NCBI GenBank assembly: GCA_035248005.1
Contig: DATFHU010000006.1
Location: 17,546 to 81,545 of the forward strand
Direction of reading: 5' to 3'
DNA from: Candidatus Saccharimonadales bacterium
GTDB lineage: Bacteria > Patescibacteriota > Saccharimonadia > Saccharimonadales > UBA4665
Length of the DNA: 64,000 nucleotides
Positions within the stretch are counted from its first letter, which is position 1. Each line of letters opens with the position of its first letter. The position numbers and the translations under genes were made by a program. Positions 17,222-27,076 of the stretch are shown here, piece by piece. The notes beneath the pieces were generated by a model, which was not told the origin of the DNA, made no database searches, and saw only the letters and a program-made list of their open reading frames with translations.

Positions 17222-18580
17222 ATGCGGACACATATGACACAGTTAATTATGCCGGCAACATATTACGAAAGACATCCGGACGATCCGGAGCGATTCCAAC
17301 TGCCCGAAATTGTTCGTACTTATAGCGTAAGTCCTTCCCAGTTTGGCATTGGCGCAGACCTTGCTCCTAATTCCATTACTGCCTACGAAGTAAGTGACCC
17401 GTATCTAGAGCAGATTCCGGAGGGCAGACTTGATGAAATACGCGCCCAAGAAACACTAGCTAATAGTTATGCGCGTTTGCGTCGTGTACGTGGGTTGTGG
17501 GACCGCAATCCTGGTACTGCTTATCAAGATAGTAATGGTGATGTTCGGCAGAAAAGCAGACTCGAATGGGGTGATCCGGAGAGTCGTAATCGTTTCTTTG
17601 GAGACGGCGCTGATGGCCTGGGTGATGAAGCGCTTCGAGCATGGCTCACACTTGTACCGAGTGCTGCAGCACTAGCTTACTTGAGTGACCCTTTTAATAC
17701 GACCGCTATTCGAAACAGGCGTGGGAATTCTTACGCGGCGACCGAGGCGACTTGCGAGTGGTTGGCGGCCTGTACCGATGCTGCCGATATTCGTGGCCGC
17801 GCAGCAGGATTGGCAGAAGAGGTGCGCGAGTACGTTACGTGGCGTACCTTTCAGTATCCCGGTGAGCCTCTTACTATGATGAGTGTGGCTTGTGGCACGG
17901 CATTGCCGACGATGCAAGCAGTTATGCGCGCGAACGCGCCGAATGCGACTCTGCTATTGGTAGATAAAGATAAGCGTTCAATGAGTTTGACGAGTCAGCT
18001 TGCGCAAGAGATTGGCTTTTCAGGCACGCTTCAGTCAAAGAATCACGATATTTTCGATCGTGACGTTATGCGTAAGCTCCGTCAAGAGTTGACTAATGAC
18101 GCAGACCGTCGTCCTCATCTTGTGGATGCTATGGGTATTTTCGAATATACCGGTGAAGAGTTACGCCCGCCTGGCGATACGAGCGATTCGCTTTTGTACG
18201 ATCCTGCCGGTTTCTTACGCGCCTGCTACGACTTAGTGCGTCCCGGCGGTCGCCTTATATTCGGCCAAATGCGTGACGACCGGCCTAATGCCGACTTCAC
18301 TATGGGTGTGGTCTGCTGGCCCTATGTATGTATGCGCAATCCTAAACGACTGATGGAGATTATCCAAAAAGCCGGTATTAACCCGCGGTGGGTAAATTTA
18401 TCTTTAACACCGCATGGGGTCTATACTATCGCTTCGATCGATAAGCCTGCCAGGGGCTTGCCGGAACAAGCGCCGTTCGCGGAACACGATGCCCACTCTC
18501 CAGCTCCGGATCGCCGTTCGCCCGTACCTGCCGCCCTTCAGATGGCGCGTCGTGCCCTAAGGGTTGCCCTAAGCGTGTAG
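17222..18580 (+). CDS. Class I SAM-dependent methyltransferase-like protein
   Basis: SVACGTA (motif I), LLVDKD, DAMGIFEY, LVRPGGRLIFG and CWPYVCMR; long N-terminal extension. Confidence 0.75.
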   Translation: MRTHMTQLIMPATYYERHPDDPERFQLPEIVRTYSVSPSQFGIGADLAPNSITAYEVSDPYLEQIPEGRLDEIRAQETLANSYARLRRVRGLWDRNPGTAYQDSNGDVRQKSRLEWGDPESRNRFFGDGADGLGDEALRAWLTLVPSAAALAYLSDPFNTTAIRNRRGNSYAATEATCEWLAACTDAADIRGRAAGLAEEVREYVTWRTFQYPGEPLTMMSVACGTALPTMQAVMRANAPNATLLLVDKDKRSMSLTSQLAQEIGFSGTLQSKNHDIFDRDVMRKLRQELTNDADRRPHLVDAMGIFEYTGEELRPPGDTSDSLLYDPAGFLRACYDLVRPGGRLIFGQMRDDRPNADFTMGVVCWPYVCMRNPKRLMEIIQKAGINPRWVNLSLTPHGVYTIASIDKPARGLPEQAPFAEHDAHSPAPDRRSPVPAALQMARRALRVALSV

Positions 18581-18626
18581 GCGGCTCGATCACACTCTCT
18601 ATTATTTTGATACAATAAGCGTAATC

Positions 18627-20852
18627 GTGTTATTTATTATTGGATTACTCTTATCGGTCGGGCTGCTTAATACTGTTGTCGCACTAGCGGTATTAAGCCG
18701 TAACGTTCGCCGTCCGCTCAATATATGGTTTTTTGCACTTGCCGCCTCCTGCGCAGCCTGGGTATTCGGTATCGCAGCGTTTTTGGGCGTAGAATCTTGG
18801 AGCGCAGCCTATAAATGGGCGCAGTTTTTTTATATAGCACCTCTATTTACCGTAGCTTCTTCGGTAGTTTTCGCACAAGCCTTCCCTTCCGGGGGCAAAA
18901 CAAATACCAAGGGCTCCTATGCAGCTGTGGGCGGAGCTGTCGCATTAGCTGCCTGCATTATAGCTTCTCCTCAACTCCTGCTGACTGAGTTGGCATATCA
19001 ACCTTGGGGTAAGGAAATCGTACTCGGCAAGCCCTTCTATTTGTTGTACTCGGCGTACTTGATCGGTATGTTTGCTTTGACTGTGCGGTTAATTTACCGT
19101 AAGGCGCAGACCGAAAAAGGGCTGTACCGGTCGCAGGCGCTTATTTTTTTGAACGGCTTCCTTGTTTCATGCATCTTAGGGGTATTTTTTAACCTGATCC
19201 TACCATGGTTTGGCAATTATCAACTTGTGTGGCTCGGCCCCCTTGCTTCCAGCTTTTACCTGGTGGCGACTGCTTACGGCATAGTGCGTCACCGGTTGTT
19301 TGACGTGCGCATTGTGGCGGCACGCGCAGTGGGTTATGTCCTCTCGTTGCTTGCCCTGGGTGCGATTTATGGTGTTATGGCTTTTGTAGTCTTAGGGTCT
19401 TTATTGGGCGGGAGCGGTGCTAGTACATCGGAGCGGGCCATATCGGCGGCGCTAGCAGTGTCGTTGGCGCTTATTTTTCATCCTATTAAACGTTTTTTCG
19501 ATCGTATTACGAACCGCCTCTTTTATAGGGATGCATATAATGCACAGGCGTTCATTGACAACTTAAATCACGTACTGGTATCTACTTTGGAACTAGATAA
19601 ATTGCTTAAAGATGTGGCGCAATTAGTACAGGATACTTTGAAAGCGGAAAGCTGCTTTTTCGTTATCTCACCTACCTCTAGGGGTCAAAAGGTAATCGGT
19701 GTCGGCGGTAAGGACCTTGTCCCGCAACTTTTTTCCTTACTCCGCACCGTAGAGGGACATAAAGAGGTGAAGAATATAACAGTGGTTGACTATTTGGATC
19801 CATCTATGCGGCGCCAACAGATGGCGCTGCAAAGCGCTGATATAAGTATTGTGGGCTATATTCGTTCTGGGAGTGGCGAAAATGGTATACTGGGCTACTT
19901 TATGCTCGGTCCTAAAAAGAGCGGGAATCCCTATAGTCGTCAAGATATAAAAATGTGCGAGGTAGTGGTAAACGAGCTGATTATTGCCATTCAAAATGCT
20001 ATGCGTTTCCGTGAAATAGAGAACTTCACCCTTACCTTACAGCAAAGAATCGACGAAGCCACGCGCAAACTCAGGCGCACGAATGATAAGCTGCGTAAAC
20101 TGGACGAGACCAAAGACGACTTTATTAGCATGGCCAGCCATCAGCTGCGCACGCCGCTTACCTCTGTTAAGGGATATGTCAGTATGGTGCTTGACGGTGA
20201 CGCTGGCAAAATTACCGGTTTGCAGCGCAAATTGCTAACCCAGTCGTTTATAAGCTCTCAGCGCATGGTATACCTTATTTCCGACCTTTTGAATGTATCG
20301 CGGCTTAGAACGGGCAAATTTATTATAGAGCCAGTGCCTACGAACCTTGCCAAAGTAGTGGAAGAAGAGGTAGAACAGTTGGTCGAGACCGCCAAAGGCC
20401 GCAATTTGGAACTGGTGTACCATAAGCCCGAACACTTCCCGGTACTTATGATGGACGAGACCAAAATGCGCCAGGTTATCATGAACTTTATAGATAACGC
20501 CGTGCATTATACGCCAAGCGGCGGACATATTGAGGTCGGCTTGGTTGAAAAGCCGCTCAGCATTGAATTTACGGTAGTAGATGATGGTATCGGCGTGCCG
20601 AAGCACGAGCAACACCACTTGTTTACCAAATTTTTCCGTGCCCACAACGCCAAGCGCGCCCGGCCGGATGGTACGGGCTTGGGGCTATTTATGGCCAAGA
20701 AGGTAATAATCGCCCAAGGCGGCGCTACCATTTTTAGAAGTCAAGAAAATAGGGGGAGCACCTTTGGATTTACGTTCGCCAAAGCACCTCTGTTACCAGG
20801 GACAGTTAAAGCACCTCCCACCCCACCGATTATCCCTACTAAATCATCTTGA
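18627..20852 (+). CDS. Sensor histidine kinase (7TM N-terminus, GAF-like domain, HisKA, HATPase)
   Basis: H-box ASHQLRTPLT, N-box NFIDNAVHY, G-boxes DDGIG and GTGLGL. Confidence 0.95.
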   Translation: MLFIIGLLLSVGLLNTVVALAVLSRNVRRPLNIWFFALAASCAAWVFGIAAFLGVESWSAAYKWAQFFYIAPLFTVASSVVFAQAFPSGGKTNTKGSYAAVGGAVALAACIIASPQLLLTELAYQPWGKEIVLGKPFYLLYSAYLIGMFALTVRLIYRKAQTEKGLYRSQALIFLNGFLVSCILGVFFNLILPWFGNYQLVWLGPLASSFYLVATAYGIVRHRLFDVRIVAARAVGYVLSLLALGAIYGVMAFVVLGSLLGGSGASTSERAISAALAVSLALIFHPIKRFFDRITNRLFYRDAYNAQAFIDNLNHVLVSTLELDKLLKDVAQLVQDTLKAESCFFVISPTSRGQKVIGVGGKDLVPQLFSLLRTVEGHKEVKNITVVDYLDPSMRRQQMALQSADISIVGYIRSGSGENGILGYFMLGPKKSGNPYSRQDIKMCEVVVNELIIAIQNAMRFREIENFTLTLQQRIDEATRKLRRTNDKLRKLDETKDDFISMASHQLRTPLTSVKGYVSMVLDGDAGKITGLQRKLLTQSFISSQRMVYLISDLLNVSRLRTGKFIIEPVPTNLAKVVEEEVEQLVETAKGRNLELVYHKPEHFPVLMMDETKMRQVIMNFIDNAVHYTPSGGHIEVGLVEKPLSIEFTVVDDGIGVPKHEQHHLFTKFFRAHNAKRARPDGTGLGLFMAKKVIIAQGGATIFRSQENRGSTFGFTFAKAPLLPGTVKAPPTPPIIPTKSS

Positions 20853-20883
20853 TTTTATGGCTCGTCTATGTTATGATTTTATC

Positions 20884-21294
20884 ATGCAAACAGAAGTTGT
20901 ACACCAACAAGATCCTATCATTACCCCTTATGGTGTTACTGACGTTGACCGCGAATTCTCTGCCCTTACCAGTCCGTTAGGTTCTCCTGAGTCTCCAGCT
21001 CCTGGGCTGGAAGACCCAATGGCCGGCTTCATGGAAAGTCAGTTGGCTTTTGCTGACCTGTCGCTTGACCAGACAGATGTAACGGGCCAGGTAACTGGTA
21101 CACGCGAAATTACTGCGCAACAGATGAACTCCCTTATGACTCCCCAGTTTGCTTTTGAGTCGTTAGTAGCTGCGCACGCTGCAATGAGGGCTCAGTATGA
21201 CGCTCAATATCGCCACGATCTTCAGATGAATATCCTAGACGAAGAGGACAGGGGCAAGAACAAAAACAAGAAGCCGGCCGTAAGCATTAAATAG
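20884..21294 (+). CDS. Hypothetical acidic protein
   Basis: MQTEVVH... ORF followed by a terminator; start uncertain (20857 or 20884). Confidence 0.6.
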   Translation: MQTEVVHQQDPIITPYGVTDVDREFSALTSPLGSPESPAPGLEDPMAGFMESQLAFADLSLDQTDVTGQVTGTREITAQQMNSLMTPQFAFESLVAAHAAMRAQYDAQYRHDLQMNILDEEDRGKNKNKKPAVSIK

Positions 21295-21310
21295 ATAGAT
21301 ACTATATGAC

Positions 21311-21339
21311 AAAGAGCCCAGAAATCTGGGTTCTTTTTT
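21311..21339 (+). terminator. Intrinsic terminator
   Basis: AAAGAGCCCAGA/TCTGGGTTCTTT followed by T run. Confidence 0.8.
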
Positions 21340-21460
21340 ATTGCCCGTTCAGCATATATTTGCTAAGATGGCAAAAACAAAACACTTCAGAGAGACGGGT
21401 TATTGACAAATATTCGCTGTTATGTTAATATAGCAGTTGAAACACGAGGAGGTGGTTCAC

Positions 21461-22906
21461 ATGAAGTTTATTACTACTATTATGAAGCGCGTAGATCGTA
21501 TTACATCCAAGCAATTTATTGTTGCCGGTGTATTTTCGCTCGCGCTTGCCAGTTCTATTGGTCTTGGTTTAACGACCAAGCAGCACATTGGTGCCGCAAT
21601 CGTACGCGATGGCAGCCGCAACTCTATTGACTACGTTGATATGAACGGTGGTCCTGGCGCGGCTAACTGTAACGAGATGATCCAAGATATCCGTGACAAC
21701 CGGCCGAGCGACCTGCAGGCTATCTACCGCCATTTTGGTTTGAGTAGTGCCGACTACAGTCGTTTTGCCAAAGATTGTGAGCAAGGTACTTTATTCCTCG
21801 ATGGCCGTATTGAAGTAAAGGGTCACACTGTTATGACCAACGCCTGGACTATGGGCCGCCACACATTTGCCGGCCAGCGTGAGTCTATTAAAGTTCCTGG
21901 TAGCAGCACTACCTACTACCACAGCGCGCCTGCGGGTTCGTTCGCGGATGGCGTTAAATCGCTACCGGTTATGGTTATGTTCAACGAGAACGGTGTTGTA
22001 GAGGCCGCCATCCTGAACGCCTGTGGTAATCCCGTTACTCGCGGCAATAAGGTAACGCCGAGCGCCGTCTGTACCGCGCTTAAGTCAGCCCAGCCAGACA
22101 AGGTTAAAAAGCCAAACACTTACACCTTTACCGCCACTGCTTCTTTTAACGGCAACGCAACCTTTAGTCGCGTGGTATACCACTTTAGCGACGACAACAC
22201 CAGTGTCACTAAGACCAGTCTGACAGCTCCTGTAGAGCACACTTTCAAGAAGTCGGGTAAGGTTACGGTAAAAGTGTATGCCAAGGTTCCTGGCGGCAAA
22301 GAAATCGAAGCCCGCGTTGTAAACTGTGAAAAGCAAATTACCTTTACTCCTCCGTTCTACCTATGTACTGCTTTGGTTGCTTCTGCCTTGGACGACCAAA
22401 AGCGCAAGTTCCGCTTTACCGTTAAGGTAAGTATGGACGCTACCACTACCCTTAAACACGCTGACTTTACGTTAGATGGTACCAACACCACAACCGGCGT
22501 GACCACTAAGGACGCAAGCGGTAACATCTACAAAGACTACGCATTTACCGATGAAAAGACCCACAAGGTTGTTGCCACTGTTCACTTTAACACTTCGCAG
22601 GGTGTGCAAAGCAAAACCTGCCAGGCTAGCGTAACACCTGCCAAGCTGCCTAAGTGTGAAGTACCTGGCTTTGAGCACCTGCCTCCGAACGACGAACGTT
22701 GTGGTTACTGCTTGCCGGGTATTCCAAAGGGTGATGTACGCTGCACCCCTCCGCCTCCGGCACCCCCAGAAACCCCACCCGTAATGCCTGAAACTGGCGC
22801 TGCCGGTGCAGTAGGTTTGTTCACTGGCGTATCTGCCCTAGGGTTCTTTGGTCACAAGGTGTTTGTAAAGCGCCGTGCCCGCAAGAGCGAAAACGCCGTT
22901 TTATAA
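21461..22906 (+). CDS. Surface protein with PKD/Ig-like repeats and LPXTG-like sorting signal
   Basis: GAGGAGG RBS, N-terminal signal/TM, two beta-rich repeats, Cys/Pro-rich linker, MPETG + TM + KRRARK tail. Confidence 0.8.
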   Translation: MKFITTIMKRVDRITSKQFIVAGVFSLALASSIGLGLTTKQHIGAAIVRDGSRNSIDYVDMNGGPGAANCNEMIQDIRDNRPSDLQAIYRHFGLSSADYSRFAKDCEQGTLFLDGRIEVKGHTVMTNAWTMGRHTFAGQRESIKVPGSSTTYYHSAPAGSFADGVKSLPVMVMFNENGVVEAAILNACGNPVTRGNKVTPSAVCTALKSAQPDKVKKPNTYTFTATASFNGNATFSRVVYHFSDDNTSVTKTSLTAPVEHTFKKSGKVTVKVYAKVPGGKEIEARVVNCEKQITFTPPFYLCTALVASALDDQKRKFRFTVKVSMDATTTLKHADFTLDGTNTTTGVTTKDASGNIYKDYAFTDEKTHKVVATVHFNTSQGVQSKTCQASVTPAKLPKCEVPGFEHLPPNDERCGYCLPGIPKGDVRCTPPPPAPPETPPVMPETGAAGAVGLFTGVSALGFFGHKVFVKRRARKSENAVL

Positions 22907-23000
22907 GAGTCTGTGGATAAGCGGCTAGCAATACCTAGTAAATTGTGCTACAGTAGCCATTAACGAGCATTGACTGATCGCTCTACAAGAACTCTTGAGT

Positions 23001-23035
23001 AATCCCCTGGCCTCCGAGCCAGGGGATTTATTTTT
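23001..23035 (+). terminator. Intrinsic terminator
   Basis: AATCCCCTGGC/GCCAGGGGATT followed by T run. Confidence 0.8.
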
Positions 23036-23193
23036 CGTCCCTGTTATGTTAAAATAATCAAGTTCCAACAAAACCAAAATTTCAAACTATGTTTGGAATT
23101 TTGAGAAGAAGCATGGCAGGTTGCTAAACAAAGCCGGCCAAGCAAACTTGTTTTGTCGGACTGTCTTGTTGGCAAGTAAACCGATGCTGGCAA

Positions 23194-23268
23194 GGCCCCA
23201 TCGTCTAATGGTTAGGACACCGGGTTTTCATCCCGGCAACCGGGGTTCGAATCCCCGTGGGGTCACCA
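23194..23268 (+). tRNA. tRNA-Glu(TTC)
   Basis: GGCCCCA..TGGGGTC acceptor stem, CCGGG-TTTTCAT-CCCGG anticodon arm, TTCGAAT T-loop, encoded CCA. Confidence 0.97.
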
Positions 23269-23307
23269 ATTAATAATTTATATTTTGTCGAACTCTCGCC
23301 TGATGTA

Positions 23308-23336
23308 AAAAGCTCCTGGTCTATCCCGGAGCTTTT
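23308..23336 (+). terminator. Terminator after tRNA-Glu
   Basis: AAAAGCTCC/GGAGCTTTT inverted repeat. Confidence 0.7.
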
Positions 23337-23395
23337 GTCTTAACATCATTACGATCTGGTGATGAGTTTGACCCCCCTTGGGGTACAATAATTAT

Positions 23396-23746
23396 ATGAA
23401 GATCAAGAGGCCATTCAGTTGTGGGCTTGGTCCCGCGTTCGATCTGGTGGGCGGTCGCTGGAAAGCCATAATTCTATGGGAGCTAAGCCAGCAGGAACTT
23501 CGCTTTAGCGAACTCAGGGAACGGGCCGAAGGCATTACCGAAAAAATGCTACTGCAACAATTACGTGAGATGGAGCGGCATGGATTAATCGAGCGACACG
23601 ACTATAACGAAAAGCCCTTGCGTGTTGGCTACCGCCTGACCAATGAAGGGCGCATCGTCAATGAATTACTAATCCCGCTTGCCGAATGGGGCAAAGAGTA
23701 TGCCTACAGAATAGACATTACTGGCAATTACGTGCATGCCGACTAG
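23396..23746 (+). CDS. HxlR-family winged-helix transcriptional regulator
   Basis: VGGRWKAIILWEL, RFSELR, ITEKMLLQQLREME and Y.LT..G motifs. Confidence 0.92.
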   Translation: MKIKRPFSCGLGPAFDLVGGRWKAIILWELSQQELRFSELRERAEGITEKMLLQQLREMERHGLIERHDYNEKPLRVGYRLTNEGRIVNELLIPLAEWGKEYAYRIDITGNYVHAD

Positions 23747-24135
23747 TTATTTTTAAATATTTCGATCATATTGCCGTCAACATCGGTTGCCAGGAAAAAT
23801 TTGCCATTGAGGGAATCCATCGGGATTACTTCTGACACAATTTTACCTCCTGCAGCTTCGATTTTCCGGCCCGCAGCCTCCAAACTATCGACCTCGACCA
23901 GCACAACTGGGTGTTTTATGCCGGTAGCCCTTTTAATAATACAGCCGTTTACGCGTCCGCGCTCCTTGGCCACATAGTCGTCATTACTTGGGGAATTGAG
24001 GGCAATCTTAAAATCGTAATCTGGGTTCTTTTCTCTAATATCAGGCAGCATGTCCCATCCGAAGGCCTGATTGTAAAATGCAGCGGCCTTTTCTACGTCG
24101 TCGCTTGGGATGCTAAACCATGTTACTGGATTCAT
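23743..24135 (-). CDS. VOC/glyoxalase family protein
   Basis: PVTWFSIPSDD..KAAAFY..AFGW; D.DGN.IEI. Confidence 0.9.
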   Translation of the reverse strand: MNPVTWFSIPSDDVEKAAAFYNQAFGWDMLPDIREKNPDYDFKIALNSPSNDDYVAKERGRVNGCIIKRATGIKHPVVLVEVDSLEAAGRKIEAAGGKIVSEVIPMDSLNGKFFLATDVDGNMIEIFKNN

Positions 24136-24307
24136 ACTTGCTCTCCTGTACTATTAATTCAGACTGTATTCTCATTGTAGATAAGTTTTGACAGTGGTCA
24201 CAGTACTGTAAGGCTCCGTAGCGTTCATGTAACATATGTTATTACTCCGTCGATATTGACTATGCCCAAAGCCTTTACCTTACGCTCAAGTTCTTCTAAA
24301 CCTCAAA

Positions 24308-24371
24308 CAAGGTTTCGACCTGACTCGCTCTGTGATTCACCATTTCGTACCACAAATATTTTTTCGAACTC
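24308..24371 (+). repeat. tRNA-Glu array junction G1
   Basis: CAAGGTTTCGACCTGACTCGCTCTGTGATTCACCA, 33/35 identical to G5; TCGAACTC motif downstream, as after the tRNA. Confidence 0.85.
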
Positions 24372-24458
24372 CGGCATAATTCGGAGTTTTTATGTTGCTC
24401 CTTAGGTAGATTGGTCTACTTGACTCGTAATGAGCTAATAGTTATACTAGTAGATACT

Positions 24459-24725
24459 ATGAGTAATTACACAGCAACTATTATCAAGACAGGAAATTCG
24501 TATGCGCTTCGCGTTCCTAAGTCGTATGTGGAGAACGCTAAGTTAGAATTAGGCCAAAAGGTACAGATTGGCGCACCTGTGGCGCTCCCAAAAGATTACG
24601 ACCCTGAGGCTGTCAAAAAGGCAGTAAGAAACCTTCAGGCCGTAGGTGCGTTCCGTTCAATCAAAGACCCTGTAGCCTGGCAACGCGAAATACGCAAAGA
24701 CCGCCCTCTGCCTGGAAGAAGCTAG
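24459..24725 (+). CDS. AbrB/MazE-type antitoxin (VapB-like)
   Basis: IIKTGNSYALRVPK AbrB motif; DPVAWQREIRKDR C-terminus; upstream of a PIN toxin. Confidence 0.85.
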   Translation: MSNYTATIIKTGNSYALRVPKSYVENAKLELGQKVQIGAPVALPKDYDPEAVKKAVRNLQAVGAFRSIKDPVAWQREIRKDRPLPGRS

Positions 24726-24733
24726 GATAAATC

Positions 24734-25096
24734 ATGTTGTGTTTTGACACGAACGTTATCATTTACCTTGGTAATCAGATGCTTGACGAAAGTATTATCG
24801 GCAAAGAACCTATTTGTTATGCCTCGGCTAGTCTCATAGAGGCGCTTGGTTACCCCGACATCTTAGCAGCAGAAGAGCAGCGTATTAAAGAGCTCTTCGA
24901 TACGATGATCGAGATACCTCTTAATGCATCTATAATCCAGGCAGCAGTGCGGCTGAGGCAGCTTAAAAGAATGAGTCTGGGTGATGCTATTGTTGCAGCA
25001 ACAGCATTGGAAAATGACTGTGTGCTCTGGACGGCAAATATTGAGGATTTTGCACATATTGACGGATTACGTCTGTATAACCCTCTAAAGACCTAA
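24734..25096 (+). CDS. vapC: PIN-domain toxin
   Basis: FDTNVIIY, E, LGDAIVAATA and T.N..DF PIN residues. Confidence 0.9.
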   Translation: MLCFDTNVIIYLGNQMLDESIIGKEPICYASASLIEALGYPDILAAEEQRIKELFDTMIEIPLNASIIQAAVRLRQLKRMSLGDAIVAATALENDCVLWTANIEDFAHIDGLRLYNPLKT

Positions 25097-25105
25097 TCAC
25101 TCTCT

Positions 25106-25181
25106 AGTGCCTTCAACTGTAGCTCAATATATTCCAACTCACCGAAGAAGGTTTCGGCCTGTTTCGCTGTTAGGTTCACCA
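25106..25181 (+). repeat. tRNA-Glu array junction G2
   Basis: 76 bp, 65/76 identical to G6 (36230-36305), ends in GGTTCACCA. Confidence 0.85.
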
Positions 25182-25267
25182 TTGCAATTATTACATTACC
25201 AACAGATGGGAAAGTTTCAGATTTTATTTTCTGGAACTTTTTGTTTTGACCTCTACCCCTGTTATTT

Positions 25268-25294
25268 CGGGGTTCGATCTCCCGTAGGCAGCCA
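25268..25294 (+). other. Isolated tRNA 3' fragment (T-arm + acceptor strand + CCA)
   Basis: CGGGG-TTCGATC-TCCCG-TAGGCAG-CCA; no D or anticodon arm upstream. Confidence 0.6.
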
Positions 25295-25496
25295 ACAATA
25301 GTTTGTCGAACACCTTGACCACGGTAAAATTGTTCTATGCATATACTCATAACCGGTGGCAGCAAGGGCATTGGCCTTGAGGCGACTAAACTCGGGATGG
25401 CAATAAACTTTGTAGGCTAGGCGTAGCTTTGACTTACCCTACAATTAATTAGCACAATTGCTCGCCATACGTTCATATGGGCAGCTCCAGACTACC

Positions 25497-25754
25497 CTAC
25501 CCGTACAACTGACTGCGTGTACCGAGCGTATCAAAAATCGCTTCGTTTTCTTTTTGTAAATATAGTGCTCGGATATCGCCTGTAACATCAATGCTACGAT
25601 ATTCTTTATATTTTCCTTTGAGCTGATGATTACGCAAAAGGGGATGGAGGGGATTATTACTAAAAATGGTGAGCCGTTCCAATAGTTTCTTGCGAGCTTC
25701 CGGGTCTAATTTTTTTGCCTGTTTGACGAAGTTTTTCGAATACGAGATTGTCAT
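25497..25754 (-). CDS. RelE/YafQ-family mRNA interferase toxin
   Basis: I.YSK.F.KQ.KKL, L..H.L.G.Y..YRSI.V.GD.R. Confidence 0.9.
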   Translation of the reverse strand: MTISYSKNFVKQAKKLDPEARKKLLERLTIFSNNPLHPLLRNHQLKGKYKEYRSIDVTGDIRALYLQKENEAIFDTLGTRSQLYG

Positions 25755-26032
25755 TACAGCTCTTTAGCTAGGAAATCGAGTGCTTTTTTGTTGGATTCAA
25801 ATGAATGGTAGTCGCCAGCTTCTATCTCTTTTCTAGAGGCTGTTAGCTGTTTGGCTGTCCTATCGTTTGGCACTTCAGGAACATCAAAAACAACACTTTG
25901 CTCGGCCGTAAAACGCCGTAGTTCATTGTTAAGAATTGCGCTGATGCTAATACCCAACTTATCGGCAGTTTCTTGCGCCAACTTTTTGAGTTTAGGATCA
26001 GTTTTGAGGTTTATGACTGCATAGTTACTCAT
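25754..26032 (-). CDS. RelB/DinJ-type antitoxin
   Basis: INLKTDPKLK..A...ADKLGISIS ribbon-helix-helix; PN motif; upstream of the toxin. Confidence 0.85.
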   Translation of the reverse strand: MSNYAVINLKTDPKLKKLAQETADKLGISISAILNNELRRFTAEQSVVFDVPEVPNDRTAKQLTASRKEIEAGDYHSFESNKKALDFLAKEL

Positions 26033-26154
26033 ACCAAAAGTATATACCTTTGGTATAGTAGTTGTCAATAATCGTAAGCAACATAAATCATATTGCCATT
26101 AATTTCAACGACACCCAAAGCCTTAAGTTTAGGATCGATATCTAAAGCATCAAG

Positions 26155-26189
26155 CAAGGTTTCGACCCGACTCGTCCTATAGTTAAACA
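26155..26189 (+). repeat. tRNA-Glu array junction G3 (degenerate core)
   Basis: CAAGGTTTCGACCCGACTCGTCCTATAGTTAAACA, 27/35 identical to G1. Confidence 0.75.
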
Positions 26190-26371
26190 TTGCAATTATT
26201 GCATCATTACAGATTAAGAAGAGTTCCATGATTTATTTTGGACTTTTTGTTTAATTCTTATCTATTATTTGAGTTCGATTCCCGGGAGGGTGATAGCGCA
26301 TGCCTATAGGGTTTCCATTACTATGAAATTATGATTGAGTTAGTATCAAATAGTTATTATGATGATTAATC

Positions 26372-27076
26372 ATGGCTAAACTTATTCTTATTCGTCATGG
26401 CCGCTCACGTGGCAATGCTAATAAAGGAATTATCCAAGGCAGTGGTCCTGACCCTGCCAATACCTTAGACGATCTTGGTGAGCGTCAAGCGCACCGGCTT
26501 GGTCAAACTTTTGCGGATCGGGAGATATCTCCTGCGGTCGTCTGGTCGTCTCCGCTGGCGCGCGCCCGGCAAACCTGTGATACTGCACTGGAAGTAATGG
26601 GTTGTAAACTACCCGTAACTGAAGACGATCGGTTGCGCGAAATGTGTAAGGGTCTGGCGGGTTTACCGGGCGGCATGGAGGGGCGGCCTCGTGGCGACGT
26701 TGAAACGCCGCAGTACTGGCTAGAGTACAAAAAGCAGGGATGGCAATTCCGTCATGGCTCACTACAAAGCGGAGGTGAAACTGCTGAAGAAGTCGGCATC
26801 CGCACTCTGTCCGCCATGAACGATATTGCCGATCACGTGGGCAGTAACGCAACCGCGTTAGTTTTTACTCATGGTCAAGCCATACGTTTCGGCATAGGTG
26901 CAGCGTTGGATTGGCCGGATATACAACAGGTAAATACTGAGTATATGTTGGGAAACTGTGAAGGTATTGTTATGGGCCGCGGTACCCGCAATCTGTCGTG
27001 GCATGTTGCCAGCCGCATTGCGTGCGCAGGCAGCCTAAACGAAACTATTATACCAGGCAGCACTGACCGGCATTAA
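26372..27076 (+). CDS. Histidine phosphatase family protein
   Basis: LIRHG, WSSPLARARQT, LREM and FTHG motifs. Confidence 0.92.
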   Translation: MAKLILIRHGRSRGNANKGIIQGSGPDPANTLDDLGERQAHRLGQTFADREISPAVVWSSPLARARQTCDTALEVMGCKLPVTEDDRLREMCKGLAGLPGGMEGRPRGDVETPQYWLEYKKQGWQFRHGSLQSGGETAEEVGIRTLSAMNDIADHVGSNATALVFTHGQAIRFGIGAALDWPDIQQVNTEYMLGNCEGIVMGRGTRNLSWHVASRIACAGSLNETIIPGSTDRH

